IMG/VR virus record: IMGVR_UViG_3300029787_005452
Coordinates: 64,001 to 128,000 of that record
Source of the DNA: a virus
DNA: 64,000 nt
Reading direction: 5' to 3' (one strand)
Positions within the stretch are counted from its first letter, which is position 1, and every line of letters starts with the position of its first letter. The position numbers and the translations under genes are program-made. Below are positions 18,787 to 27,193 of this stretch, one piece after another. The notes under the pieces were generated by a model. It did no database searches and had not been told where the DNA came from. It was given only the letters and a program-made list of their open reading frames with translations.

Positions 18787-19515
18787 TGGGTAAGTCATTG
18801 AAGGTCCATAGGTTCTACCACTAGGATCTTGTATACCCTGTAACAAATATAATGCGTTAGATGTTTTACCTCTACCAGCACCTCCTGAATATGTAAAATT
18901 TATAGAGGTGGTATCACCAAATGAACCGACCCCGGTGGCATTCATACCTCTAACTTTTGCAGCTCCATCATATCCAGGTGTTATTCTAAATCGTGCCTCC
19001 GGTTGAGCGTTGGTTGTTTTTGGTGTTAGCTGATCGAAATCAAGAGTTTTAAAGGCCTGAACTGTAACAGTATATTCAGTACCACCGTTTAAACCAGTGA
19101 AAGTTACACTTTCTCCATGAGCAGCGAGTTTACTTTGATTATTCATTTCATACCTGTATGAGTTTTTTTCACTAAATATACCTTGTAGTGAGACTTTTGC
19201 ATTATTATTAGTACCATATGTAGAAGATGTTTCATTTATAGTAGAAACTCCTATTCCAAGAATAGTTGTACCATGGAAATCACTTAAATTAATTTGTTGA
19301 CCAGAACTTTTTTTATTACTAAAATTACCTGTTGTACCTACATAAGTTCTAAACCAATTTCTTAAAGAATTTATACTACTATTAACTTCAGTTCGACTAG
19401 TACTAGTTTTTATATTTTTAAGCAAATTTATACTTCTATCTTCCCCAGTATTTCCAGGGCTTACTTCTCCTGATGTTGGTATTCCTTTGGGTGCTGAACT
19501 ATCATTTACGGCCAT
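18784..19515 (-). CDS. Ser/Thr/Gly/Asn-rich putative virion protein with FN3-like segment
   Basis: GIPTSGEVS, INLSDFHG, VTFTGLNGGTEYTVTVQA (FN3 signature); TAAATA-N5-ATG. Confidence 0.6.
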   Translation of the reverse strand: MAVNDSSAPKGIPTSGEVSPGNTGEDRSINLLKNIKTSTSRTEVNSSINSLRNWFRTYVGTTGNFSNKKSSGQQINLSDFHGTTILGIGVSTINETSSTYGTNNNAKVSLQGIFSEKNSYRYEMNNQSKLAAHGESVTFTGLNGGTEYTVTVQAFKTLDFDQLTPKTTNAQPEARFRITPGYDGAAKVRGMNATGVGSFGDTTSINFTYSGGAGRGKTSNALYLLQGIQDPSGRTYGPSMTYP

Positions 19516-19520
19516 ACTAT

Positions 19521-19526
19521 TATTTA
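19521..19526 (-). promoter_or_regulatory. Late promoter TAAATA-N5-ATG
   Basis: TTAAATA ATAGT ATG. Confidence 0.6.
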
Positions 19527-19527
19527 A

Positions 19528-19803
19528 TTATTTACCTTTTTTCTTCCATGATACCCGTTTAGAGCTTTTCTTTTTATACATTTTACCTTTTATTTTATTA
19601 CAAGCTGCTTTCGTAGGTCTACATGCTGGGTAACTACCGCCTGATTTTTTGGATTTTCTACCACAAGGTCCACCGGTTTTACAATTTATCCAACCGCTAA
19701 ACTTTTTACCCGTCTTAGGGTCTTTACCACCGCGTTTAAACCATTGATGGAGACCATCACTAGCTTCATTTACATAAAACTCAAATAGGTCATCAAATTT
19801 CAT
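19528..19803 (-). CDS. Small basic Cys-containing hypothetical protein
   Basis: GLHQWFK...GPCGRKS...YPACRPTKAAC; marine phage family (DUF5872-like from memory). Confidence 0.8.
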   Translation of the reverse strand: MKFDDLFEFYVNEASDGLHQWFKRGGKDPKTGKKFSGWINCKTGGPCGRKSKKSGGSYPACRPTKAACNKIKGKMYKKKSSKRVSWKKKGK

Positions 19804-19970
19804 TACTTTCCTTTTGCTTCTTTAGATGCGTGTAATTTATCACCAGCTTTTTTTGCTGCTTTATAGGCTTTACTACCTTTTCTAGCTGATTTATGTCCAG
19901 ATTTTTTCTTTTTATTAATATTTGCCCATAAGCTTTCAACTAATTGATCAAATGTTATTTTTTCTTCCAT
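19803..19970 (-). CDS. 55-aa basic protein missed by ORF track
   Basis: Manual translation MEEKITFDQLVESLWANINKKKKSGHKSARKGSKAYKAAKKAGDKLHASKEAKGK*; TAATG coupling to next gene. Confidence 0.75.
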   Translation of the reverse strand: MEEKITFDQLVESLWANINKKKKSGHKSARKGSKAYKAAKKAGDKLHASKEAKGK

Positions 19971-20275
19971 ATTTTACCTTTCCTGCATCTTACTATAGCA
20001 CCTGACTTATATGCAGAAGTTTTTTTACCATAAACTTGATCAGCTTTACGTTTACATCTATCTTGAGCATCTTCTTCTTTTTTAGGTGAATAACTTTCAA
20101 GATCATGTTGACGGAGACCTATTAATTTTGTTGCTTTACCCCTAAGCATCTGTACATATTTGTCACCACCGTACATAGCAACCATTCTAGGATCAGGATC
20201 TTTAATCATAGCTTGTAATTCTTTAATTTGTTTTACACGCTCAGCATTTTCATAATATAGTTTAAATGTTTTCAT
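19955..20275 (-). CDS. Small basic hypothetical protein
   Basis: MKTFKLYYE; C-terminal DRCKRKADQVYGKKTSAYKSGAIVRCRKG. Confidence 0.8.
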   Translation of the reverse strand: MKTFKLYYENAERVKQIKELQAMIKDPDPRMVAMYGGDKYVQMLRGKATKLIGLRQHDLESYSPKKEEDAQDRCKRKADQVYGKKTSAYKSGAIVRCRKGKIWKKK

Positions 20276-20281
20276 AATAAA

Positions 20282-20602
20282 TTACCATTTTCTGCAAGAC
20301 CAATATCTAGCTTTTGTTTTAGGACCAGGATTATCACAATTATGTCTAGCTCTAAAAGATTTACGAGCTTTAGGATTACTTTTTCTTATTTTCATAGTTT
20401 TTTCACCGCGTCGTTTAGCTGATGAACCACCATGTCCAAAATTAACTTTTCTTACATTACCTGACTTAGGATCTTTTACGTATACTTTAAATTTTTTTAC
20501 ATCCCCTCGAGTCGGTTTATTAAGAGTTACTTTTCTACCTCTGTATTCAGCATCTTCATCAAATGCTTCCATAAGAGAAGAGTATAGTTTATCGAATGTC
20601 AT
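20282..20602 (-). CDS. Small basic hypothetical protein
   Basis: EYRGRKVTLNKPTRGDVKKFKVYVK...VNFG...RKSFRARHNCD...ARYWSCRKW (DUF6321-like from memory). Confidence 0.8.
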   Translation of the reverse strand: MTFDKLYSSLMEAFDEDAEYRGRKVTLNKPTRGDVKKFKVYVKDPKSGNVRKVNFGHGGSSAKRRGEKTMKIRKSNPKARKSFRARHNCDNPGPKTKARYWSCRKW

Positions 20603-20607
20603 GTAAT

Positions 20608-20620
20608 TATTTATTAAATA
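20608..20620. promoter_or_regulatory. Back-to-back late promoters (TAAATA minus 20608-13; plus 20615-20), each 5 nt before an ATG
   Basis: Only 23 nt separate divergent ATGs at 20602 and 20626. Confidence 0.7.
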
Positions 20621-20625
20621 TTAAT

Positions 20626-21213
20626 ATGGATAATGAATCTAATCTAATATTTGAACAATATAAATCTGTAAACGAAATGATTGGTCTCGGACCTAGGGTC
20701 AGTAAAATGGTAAAAATACCTGGTCCTGGTTCTCAAAATGCTACCCCTAAAGTAGTAATAATGAAAATAAGTGACGAAGAATCTTGTAGTAATGAAGAGT
20801 TACCTAATGAACAAGAAATTGTTCGAATACAAGCTGGTGAACCAGAAGAATCAGATTGCGGAGGTGATGATTGTGGCTGCAATAAAGAAGGGGACAGTAG
20901 TGGTAAAACAATTTATGATGGTGAATTAGATATGGCTAGATTAGAATTATTAAAAGCTAATGAATATGCTGCTAAATTATTTCATCATATAGGTAATCAT
21001 CCTGAAAGTGATTATTTAGAAGGTTGGGTAGCAAGTAAAATAACTAAAGCAGCTGATTACCTATCATCAGTTTATCATTATCTAGATTATGAAGATAATT
21101 TTCCTACCAGAGAACCTTGCTATAGTGATGAAGAAGATAAAGAGGATGAAAGTATAGAATTAGATGATGATGAAATGACTAAAACTGCTAAAGAGACCGG
21201 TTTTGGAGCTTAA
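20626..21213 (+). CDS. Acidic hypothetical protein, putative head protein
   Basis: Start corrected to MDNESNLIFEQY; LEGWVASKITKAADYLSSVYHYLDYE motif. Confidence 0.75.
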   Translation: MDNESNLIFEQYKSVNEMIGLGPRVSKMVKIPGPGSQNATPKVVIMKISDEESCSNEELPNEQEIVRIQAGEPEESDCGGDDCGCNKEGDSSGKTIYDGELDMARLELLKANEYAAKLFHHIGNHPESDYLEGWVASKITKAADYLSSVYHYLDYEDNFPTREPCYSDEEDKEDESIELDDDEMTKTAKETGFGA

Positions 21214-23207
21214 ACTAATTTATTATCAAATATACGTTTAACTTCTTCGTCCATCGAACCATATAGATCTTGTATAAGATCTTTTCTTTCTTGTTCATCT
21301 AAACTTTTGTATAATTCTCTTATTTGAGATGCACTTCTAATATCTTTACCAAGAATACTAAAATCCATAGTAGGTAAAGTTGTTATATAACCATGTTTAC
21401 TACCGCTAGTTATTTTTTTAGACTTATCATATGGTTGAAAATAACTTGGCGTACCATCTTTTTTTAAACCGAATTTAAAGCGAGGTTTATCACCTTCCAT
21501 ATCTTTTTCAGAAACTGCAAATATAACTTTAGTTTTATCTAAATCATATCTTTCAGTAATCTCATTAGCTAAATATGGATTTTTTGTCATTTCTACAAAA
21601 CTAGGATCAATACCAGCACTTTGAATCATTTTTTTCTTTTCTTCAAATTCAAATGGGGAATTATCGTCATTAGTTTTACCAGATGTAGAAATAAATATAT
21701 CAGCTGTTGGAAATTGTTGTTTTAATTTATTGTAAACCGATGCATGTCCTTTATGAAATGGGTGAAATCTACCTGGGTATATAACTACCGTTTTTGTTAA
21801 ATCTTCTGCCTCTTCAAATTCATTTAACATTTCATACATTTCATTAAAAGCTCCAATTTTTTTACTTCCTGTTGGGTGGGTTTGTAATCTTGTACCTTCA
21901 CCTTTATTAAACACTGGTGGGTTATTAATATATGATTCTTGATTCTCAGGTGTTGAGGGTTTACCAGTTCCAAAATTAGCGCGACTAAATTCTTCTCTAT
22001 CAACTAATTTAGTAATTTCTGCCCCTGCTGCTGTAACTTTAGATAATGCAAAACCTTCAGGAGCAGTTGTTTGCCAATTGTTAGAGCTTTCTTCTAGATA
22101 TGTACCTAATAGATCATTTTTTGTTATTTCATTAAAAATTTTAATTAAATTATTTTTTAAATTAGCTATAATTTTAGTAATTTCAAAAGCATTTTTTATA
22201 GAAGGTTTAAGCTTTTGTAAAGCTTTTAAAGTTACTTTCATTTGCTCAGTTTTTTTAGCTTTACCTTTTTCACTTTTCAGCTTTTCTAACTCTTTTGTAA
22301 AACGATTTGAAATATAATTAACATATTCTTCGGTAGACATCGATGTATCTTGCAAAAATCTCCCAGATCTTATTTCAGAGTTTATATAAGATTTTAAAGT
22401 ACTAGTGTAATCATCTAACGCACTAAAATCGACTTTATCAGCTAACTTAAGTACTTGCTTCTTTTTAACCTTAACATCTTTTAAAAGTAATTTACTAAAG
22501 GATGATTTACTATTTTTAGGCTTATTAGCTAATACATTAAAAACAAATACTGTATTTGATGAGGTAAACTCATCGGGGGAAGAAGTGTATTTTTTTACTT
22601 TTAATATACCGTTACGTACCATATATTCAATATGAACTGCAACTCCTATTTTTGATTTAGCTATTTGATCACCATAAGGGCTATTTTCGGTAACTGCATA
22701 CTTAATAGTATTAGGGGTAAAAGTTAAAAATTTATTTTCATTTTTTACACCATCGATAGTTTCTGGAGTTTCAAAAGTTTTCATTTGCGGATCAAACATA
22801 TAATCCATTTGATAAATACCTTTAAGATTTAAAGATGGTAAATAACGTAAAGCTAATTTTAATTTATCTGCTAAACCACCAGTACCGTGATTTGTGGCAA
22901 TATCCTCCTCAGTATAATTTATTTTAGGGTTTTTAGCAAAAGCTGATTTACTTGCTACAAAAAATTTATTATTAGTATCTATACCCGCAACAATAGCAGG
23001 TGCCCCATCAAACTTTGTAGATATTTTATAATCAGATTCATCTACAAAATACGATATAGAAGATTCTATTTGGTTAATAGCTTCTATAACACCTTGCTTA
23101 CCTTTATTAAGTATATTTTCTTCTAAATGATCAATATGCTTTACTGCCCCATCAATTGCATCAAAGAATTCTAATAATACTTTATGGTGTTGTTTAAAGT
23201 TTATCAT
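21210..23207 (-). CDS. Fusion: ligase-like nucleotidyltransferase (DUF6267-like) + HIGH-family nucleotidyltransferase
   Basis: STKFDGAPAI, FFVASKS, PEGFAL, KLVDREEFSRANF; C-terminal IYPGRFHPFHKGH...IRSASQIR. Confidence 0.7.
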   Translation of the reverse strand: MINFKQHHKVLLEFFDAIDGAVKHIDHLEENILNKGKQGVIEAINQIESSISYFVDESDYKISTKFDGAPAIVAGIDTNNKFFVASKSAFAKNPKINYTEEDIATNHGTGGLADKLKLALRYLPSLNLKGIYQMDYMFDPQMKTFETPETIDGVKNENKFLTFTPNTIKYAVTENSPYGDQIAKSKIGVAVHIEYMVRNGILKVKKYTSSPDEFTSSNTVFVFNVLANKPKNSKSSFSKLLLKDVKVKKKQVLKLADKVDFSALDDYTSTLKSYINSEIRSGRFLQDTSMSTEEYVNYISNRFTKELEKLKSEKGKAKKTEQMKVTLKALQKLKPSIKNAFEITKIIANLKNNLIKIFNEITKNDLLGTYLEESSNNWQTTAPEGFALSKVTAAGAEITKLVDREEFSRANFGTGKPSTPENQESYINNPPVFNKGEGTRLQTHPTGSKKIGAFNEMYEMLNEFEEAEDLTKTVVIYPGRFHPFHKGHASVYNKLKQQFPTADIFISTSGKTNDDNSPFEFEEKKKMIQSAGIDPSFVEMTKNPYLANEITERYDLDKTKVIFAVSEKDMEGDKPRFKFGLKKDGTPSYFQPYDKSKKITSGSKHGYITTLPTMDFSILGKDIRSASQIRELYKSLDEQERKDLIQDLYGSMDEEVKRIFDNKLV

Positions 23208-24286
23208 GATATTTTTAAATCCTTTTTAAACTTTGCATTTACATTACTTCCTGGATAACCTATATAAACCCCATCACCATCAAAATCAAAAGCTATAAAA
23301 TTATTATTAATAGCATTTAAAATATTTGAATAACTAGTAACATTTAAATAACGAGCTTTGTCAAATGTACCTTCACCAGCAACACTTCCTGCTTTTCTAG
23401 TAAAACCTTTTTGATAAACATATAATACAATATCAAAACCTTCGCTACCGTATTCATTTAACATTATACCTGCAAAATGCTGCATACGTTTAACTGGATC
23501 AGTAATATTTTGATCAATAAACTGTTGTAAAACAGAACTATTAGCAAAAGCTTTTTTCATTACATCGCCGGTAAATTTAGCTTGTTGTAAATCTTCTATA
23601 GATAAATCAGGTTTAGCTGCAAACTCTTTGAGTTTATTAAGATCATTTTTAAACCCTCCACCTCTAGCGCTAATAATTCTTCCTTTACCTACTTTTAATT
23701 CAATATTTAACCCGCTTGGAGTTTTTAAATCTCCAACATCTCCTTTAAAACATTCAGTAAATAAACTTAATAGTAACTCACCATCACCAACACTAACATT
23801 GCCTTCAGAAAAACTTTTAACAAATAATGAATTATAAAACTGTTCTAATTTTTCTGGTGTTTCGTTAGCTAATATTTTTTTTAAGACTGGAAAAACTGCT
23901 TCATGTAAACTTAACTCTCCTTGAACACTACTTATTTTACCGGTAATACTATTTAATTTTTGCTTAATTTGTGATAACATTTCTATTTCACCATAATTTA
24001 CATCAAAATCAGCAAAATAGTTTTTAATATAGCGAGTTTGATCTTCAAAACCAGATTGTCGAACGAGGTCTTCAACTGATTTATTACCTTCCTTTTTAAC
24101 TATATTAACTATCTTTCTATAATCTTTATCATCAACAGCACCTACAAATTCATAATTATTATCTTGATCACCTCTAAACAAATTAGTATCTTCATAAAAC
24201 AAATTTATCTTTTGACGGGGTAGTTTTCCTACCTTTTTATTAGCAGATTCATTTAAGTATACTTGATCTAATGGTTTCCAGCTCAT
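23204..24286 (-). CDS. Hypothetical protein with possible PD-(D/E)xK nuclease motif
   Basis: VGDGELLL...GDLKTPSGLNIELKVGKGR. Confidence 0.55.
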   Translation of the reverse strand: MSWKPLDQVYLNESANKKVGKLPRQKINLFYEDTNLFRGDQDNNYEFVGAVDDKDYRKIVNIVKKEGNKSVEDLVRQSGFEDQTRYIKNYFADFDVNYGEIEMLSQIKQKLNSITGKISSVQGELSLHEAVFPVLKKILANETPEKLEQFYNSLFVKSFSEGNVSVGDGELLLSLFTECFKGDVGDLKTPSGLNIELKVGKGRIISARGGGFKNDLNKLKEFAAKPDLSIEDLQQAKFTGDVMKKAFANSSVLQQFIDQNITDPVKRMQHFAGIMLNEYGSEGFDIVLYVYQKGFTRKAGSVAGEGTFDKARYLNVTSYSNILNAINNNFIAFDFDGDGVYIGYPGSNVNAKFKKDLKIS

Positions 24287-24609
24287 GTTGCAACATCAAT
24301 ATCTTGTGAATATTTTTTCATCATATTAATTAATTTTTCTAAAGAAGCTTTAGCATTTACTTCATTAATATCTGATAATTCACTTAACGTATCAATATCA
24401 CTTGGCTCTATTTTTGTAACTAAAGCTTTTTTAATTAACCTTATAAGCAATACTTCACCTTCAGGGGATAATTTTTGAACTTCAGGTTCAGGCTCTGGAG
24501 CTGGTTCTGGTTCCGCTACCGGTTCTTCAACTGGTGCTTCAACCGGAGCCTCCATTTCTGTTTCATCTTGTTCTAAGATATTATTATATGCTTTTAAAAA
24601 TTTTTTCAT
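24283..24609 (-). CDS. Hypothetical protein with Pro/Glu-rich linker
   Basis: MKKFLKAYNNILE; EAPVEAPVEEPVAEPEPAPEPEPE. Confidence 0.7.
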   Translation of the reverse strand: MKKFLKAYNNILEQDETEMEAPVEAPVEEPVAEPEPAPEPEPEVQKLSPEGEVLLIRLIKKALVTKIEPSDIDTLSELSDINEVNAKASLEKLINMMKKYSQDIDVAT

Positions 24610-24626
24610 TTTATATATTTAAGAGA

Positions 24627-25508
24627 TTATTTCTGAGGTTTAGATAGTGCTGCATAAGCATCTGCCATATCTTTGGTAGCTTTATTATATGCAGGAATAG
24701 CTTGCAAATAGACTTTAGATCGAGCTTTTAAAGCTTTTTTAGCTTGTCTTGCTGAACGATTCATAAGTTTACCTATAGGTCCCACCATAACATCATCTGC
24801 AGTAGCGGCCAAACGCGTAAGACCTTTTTCAGCGTCAGCTAAACTAACATTTAATTTACCTTCTTGATCTTCTATACTACTTCCTCTCATAGAATTAATT
24901 TTGTTATACAGATTTTCAAGCTCTTTAAATTCATCGCTTCCATCATTAACTATTTCACCTTGTTCAATAGGTCTATTATGATATTCGTGAACATCTGCAT
25001 CTTCTTTCTTATATAGAGCTCTTCTTGCTTCAGCATATTCACTGTTATTTCTGAAAGCATTCTTTTTTTGTCTTAATTCAGCTTTTTTTTCAGGGTCATC
25101 TTCTGTCATACTTTGACGAAATAAATCTCTACGTTCTTTTTCCCTTTCAAGATGACCTTCATAATCATACTTGTTTTTAAACTCATCAGTTTCTGCTGCT
25201 CCTGAACGTAATTTTGTAATATCCTGATTAACGTAATCTCCAAACTTAGATAAAAATCTACTTAGTAGTACTGCAGGGGCTTCTGGTGAGTTCTTATTAC
25301 CACCTATACCGTGCATGTTCATAGAATATAATCTTGCAAAACTTCCTGAATCTAAAATATCTTTTCTAGACTTACCTACAAGACTTCTTAAAAAATCTCC
25401 AAATGATTTTCCTGATTTCATTTGTACCATTATTTCATTATCTTCTTTAATAGTAACGCTATCTATTTTTTTCAAGATACTATTAGCTAGCTGGTTAAAC
25501 ATGTCCAT
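24627..25508 (-). CDS. Hypothetical late protein
   Basis: 293 aa; TAAATA-N5-ATG. Confidence 0.7.
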   Translation of the reverse strand: MDMFNQLANSILKKIDSVTIKEDNEIMVQMKSGKSFGDFLRSLVGKSRKDILDSGSFARLYSMNMHGIGGNKNSPEAPAVLLSRFLSKFGDYVNQDITKLRSGAAETDEFKNKYDYEGHLEREKERRDLFRQSMTEDDPEKKAELRQKKNAFRNNSEYAEARRALYKKEDADVHEYHNRPIEQGEIVNDGSDEFKELENLYNKINSMRGSSIEDQEGKLNVSLADAEKGLTRLAATADDVMVGPIGKLMNRSARQAKKALKARSKVYLQAIPAYNKATKDMADAYAALSKPQK

Positions 25509-25516
25509 ATTATTAT

Positions 25517-26077
25517 TTATCTAATTAGAAGTAGTTTTGTAGATAGTCTATTAAAGTAATCCTTATTTAAAAAAGTTAATTCATAACGTTTAGTAAATTT
25601 CTTCACACCAGAAAACGTATATTTACCAATATCCATATTATTGATCTTGCTTATCATAGAATTTATAGTAGTTTGGGCCTTACCATCGTTAATATCAATA
25701 AGGTGGTCTAGATATATTAATGAATATTTACTAATGAATATTTTTATTGGTAATATTTTATCCACTCTACGTAAAAAATTAGTAAAAAACACTAATATTT
25801 CATTTTCCTTAAAGTATTTTGTTAGTTCGCAGTCATCTAACTGGGTATTATTAAAGTATATAATAGATTTTGACTTACAGTTAAGTAATCTTTGACATAT
25901 ATTGTATATAGTATAGTGATATATGAACTTCTTTACTTGTAAATTATTAATACTCTTATCTAATAGGTTAAATTCATGTAATGAATTAATTATTTGAGGT
26001 TGTATGTCGTTTATTAATAACTCATTAAAGTCAATTATAGTAAAATCATAATTTTCTATATGTAAGTCAGCCATCAT
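25517..26077 (-). CDS. Hypothetical protein
   Basis: 186 aa ORF coupled to upstream gene. Confidence 0.65.
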   Translation of the reverse strand: MMADLHIENYDFTIIDFNELLINDIQPQIINSLHEFNLLDKSINNLQVKKFIYHYTIYNICQRLLNCKSKSIIYFNNTQLDDCELTKYFKENEILVFFTNFLRRVDKILPIKIFISKYSLIYLDHLIDINDGKAQTTINSMISKINNMDIGKYTFSGVKKFTKRYELTFLNKDYFNRLSTKLLLIR

Positions 26078-26501
26078 TACCTTTATTATAGTACTGTTCC
26101 AAAAACAACTTTGGTGCTTTACCTATTCTACAGTTTATAATACCATTATAATAATTTTCACTTAATAGGACATCCATTTCGAACTGCATTTTAGCTTCAA
26201 AATATGATAATTCAAATTTACTATTGCAAAATTTTAATATTTTAAATATAAATTTATCTAAACCTAATAAAGATATATCATTATTCAAAGCATCGGACGA
26301 ACCTGTATATGTTTTCCAGTCACTTTCAATAAAATCAATACGTTTACGTTTTTTACCTTTTAAAGGTTTACGTCTAATTTTGCGGACCATTTGTTTTTTA
26401 CCAATATATTTTTTACCACTAATGGTATTAGTAATTTCATATATAAAACCGAAAGAGTCTTTAGGTATCGGTTTACATACTTCCCATATACCTGTATCCA
26501 T
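26067..26501 (-). CDS. GIY-YIG (Seg-like) endonuclease domain protein
   Basis: FGFIYEITNTISGKKYIGKK, ESDWKTYTGSS, YYNGII. Confidence 0.8.
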   Translation of the reverse strand: MDTGIWEVCKPIPKDSFGFIYEITNTISGKKYIGKKQMVRKIRRKPLKGKKRKRIDFIESDWKTYTGSSDALNNDISLLGLDKFIFKILKFCNSKFELSYFEAKMQFEMDVLLSENYYNGIINCRIGKAPKLFLEQYYNKGNDG

Positions 26502-26509
26502 TAAGATAT

Positions 26510-26776
26510 TTACTTTTTATTTTTTAATTTTCTAGTTTTTTTCTTCTTACCCACTTTACCTTTTCTAGAATACATTGCACCTAAGGCTGTAGGTCTTCTA
26601 AAATCACCAGGTGCATACGCATCAGTACCCGGTGTACCACTTACTGTCGTGCCATAGCCAGTAGCAGCTGCAGAGCCTAGCACCCCTCCACCGACTGTAT
26701 TTTCATCTTCTTCTGGTGGTTTTTTCTTTTTAAGGCTTTTTTTAAATGCTTTTTCAAATAAAGTTGTTTTCTTCAT
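26510..26776 (-). CDS. Small basic/Gly-rich hypothetical protein
   Basis: TATAAATA-N5-ATG; MKKTTLFEKAF. Confidence 0.7.
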   Translation of the reverse strand: MKKTTLFEKAFKKSLKKKKPPEEDENTVGGGVLGSAAATGYGTTVSGTPGTDAYAPGDFRRPTALGAMYSRKGKVGKKKKTRKLKNKK

Positions 26777-26791
26777 ATTAGTATTTATAAT
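26764..26791. promoter_or_regulatory. Overlapping divergent promoters: early TTGTTT-N16-TATAAT-N6-GTG (uvsY) and late TATAAATA (minus, 26782-89)
   Basis: Read directly from the sequence. Confidence 0.65.
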
Positions 26792-26797
26792 TAATAT

Positions 26798-27193
26798 GTG
26801 AGTTTATTAGATCAATATATAGATGAAATAGAAAAAGATTTACAAATTAATGAATTTAATCTTAAAGACTCATCGATGAAAACCCCGGCTCGTAAACATT
26901 ACTGGGTAGCTAAATTAATAAGACATAAACAAAATCTATTGAAACTTAGAATACTTAGAGATTCAGTAAAGAAAGAAGTAGTTCAAAAAATTGTTGAAGA
27001 AAGCCCAGTTAAAGTAACTATACCAGTAGCAGAAAAAGCAAGTTATAAGCATGAAAAAATGAAAGAGATATCTGAAAAAATTAGCAATGAAGAGTTAATT
27101 ATTGAGTTTTTAGAAAAAACTGAAAAAACATTTAGTGCTGTTGGGTTTGATATAAAAAATATTATTGAAATAATGAAAATGGAACAATTATAA
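26798..27193 (+). CDS. uvsY: UvsY recombination mediator
   Basis: Size, position directly before uvsW, helical content, final IKNIIE motif. Confidence 0.75.
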   Translation: MSLLDQYIDEIEKDLQINEFNLKDSSMKTPARKHYWVAKLIRHKQNLLKLRILRDSVKKEVVQKIVEESPVKVTIPVAEKASYKHEKMKEISEKISNEELIIEFLEKTEKTFSAVGFDIKNIIEIMKMEQL

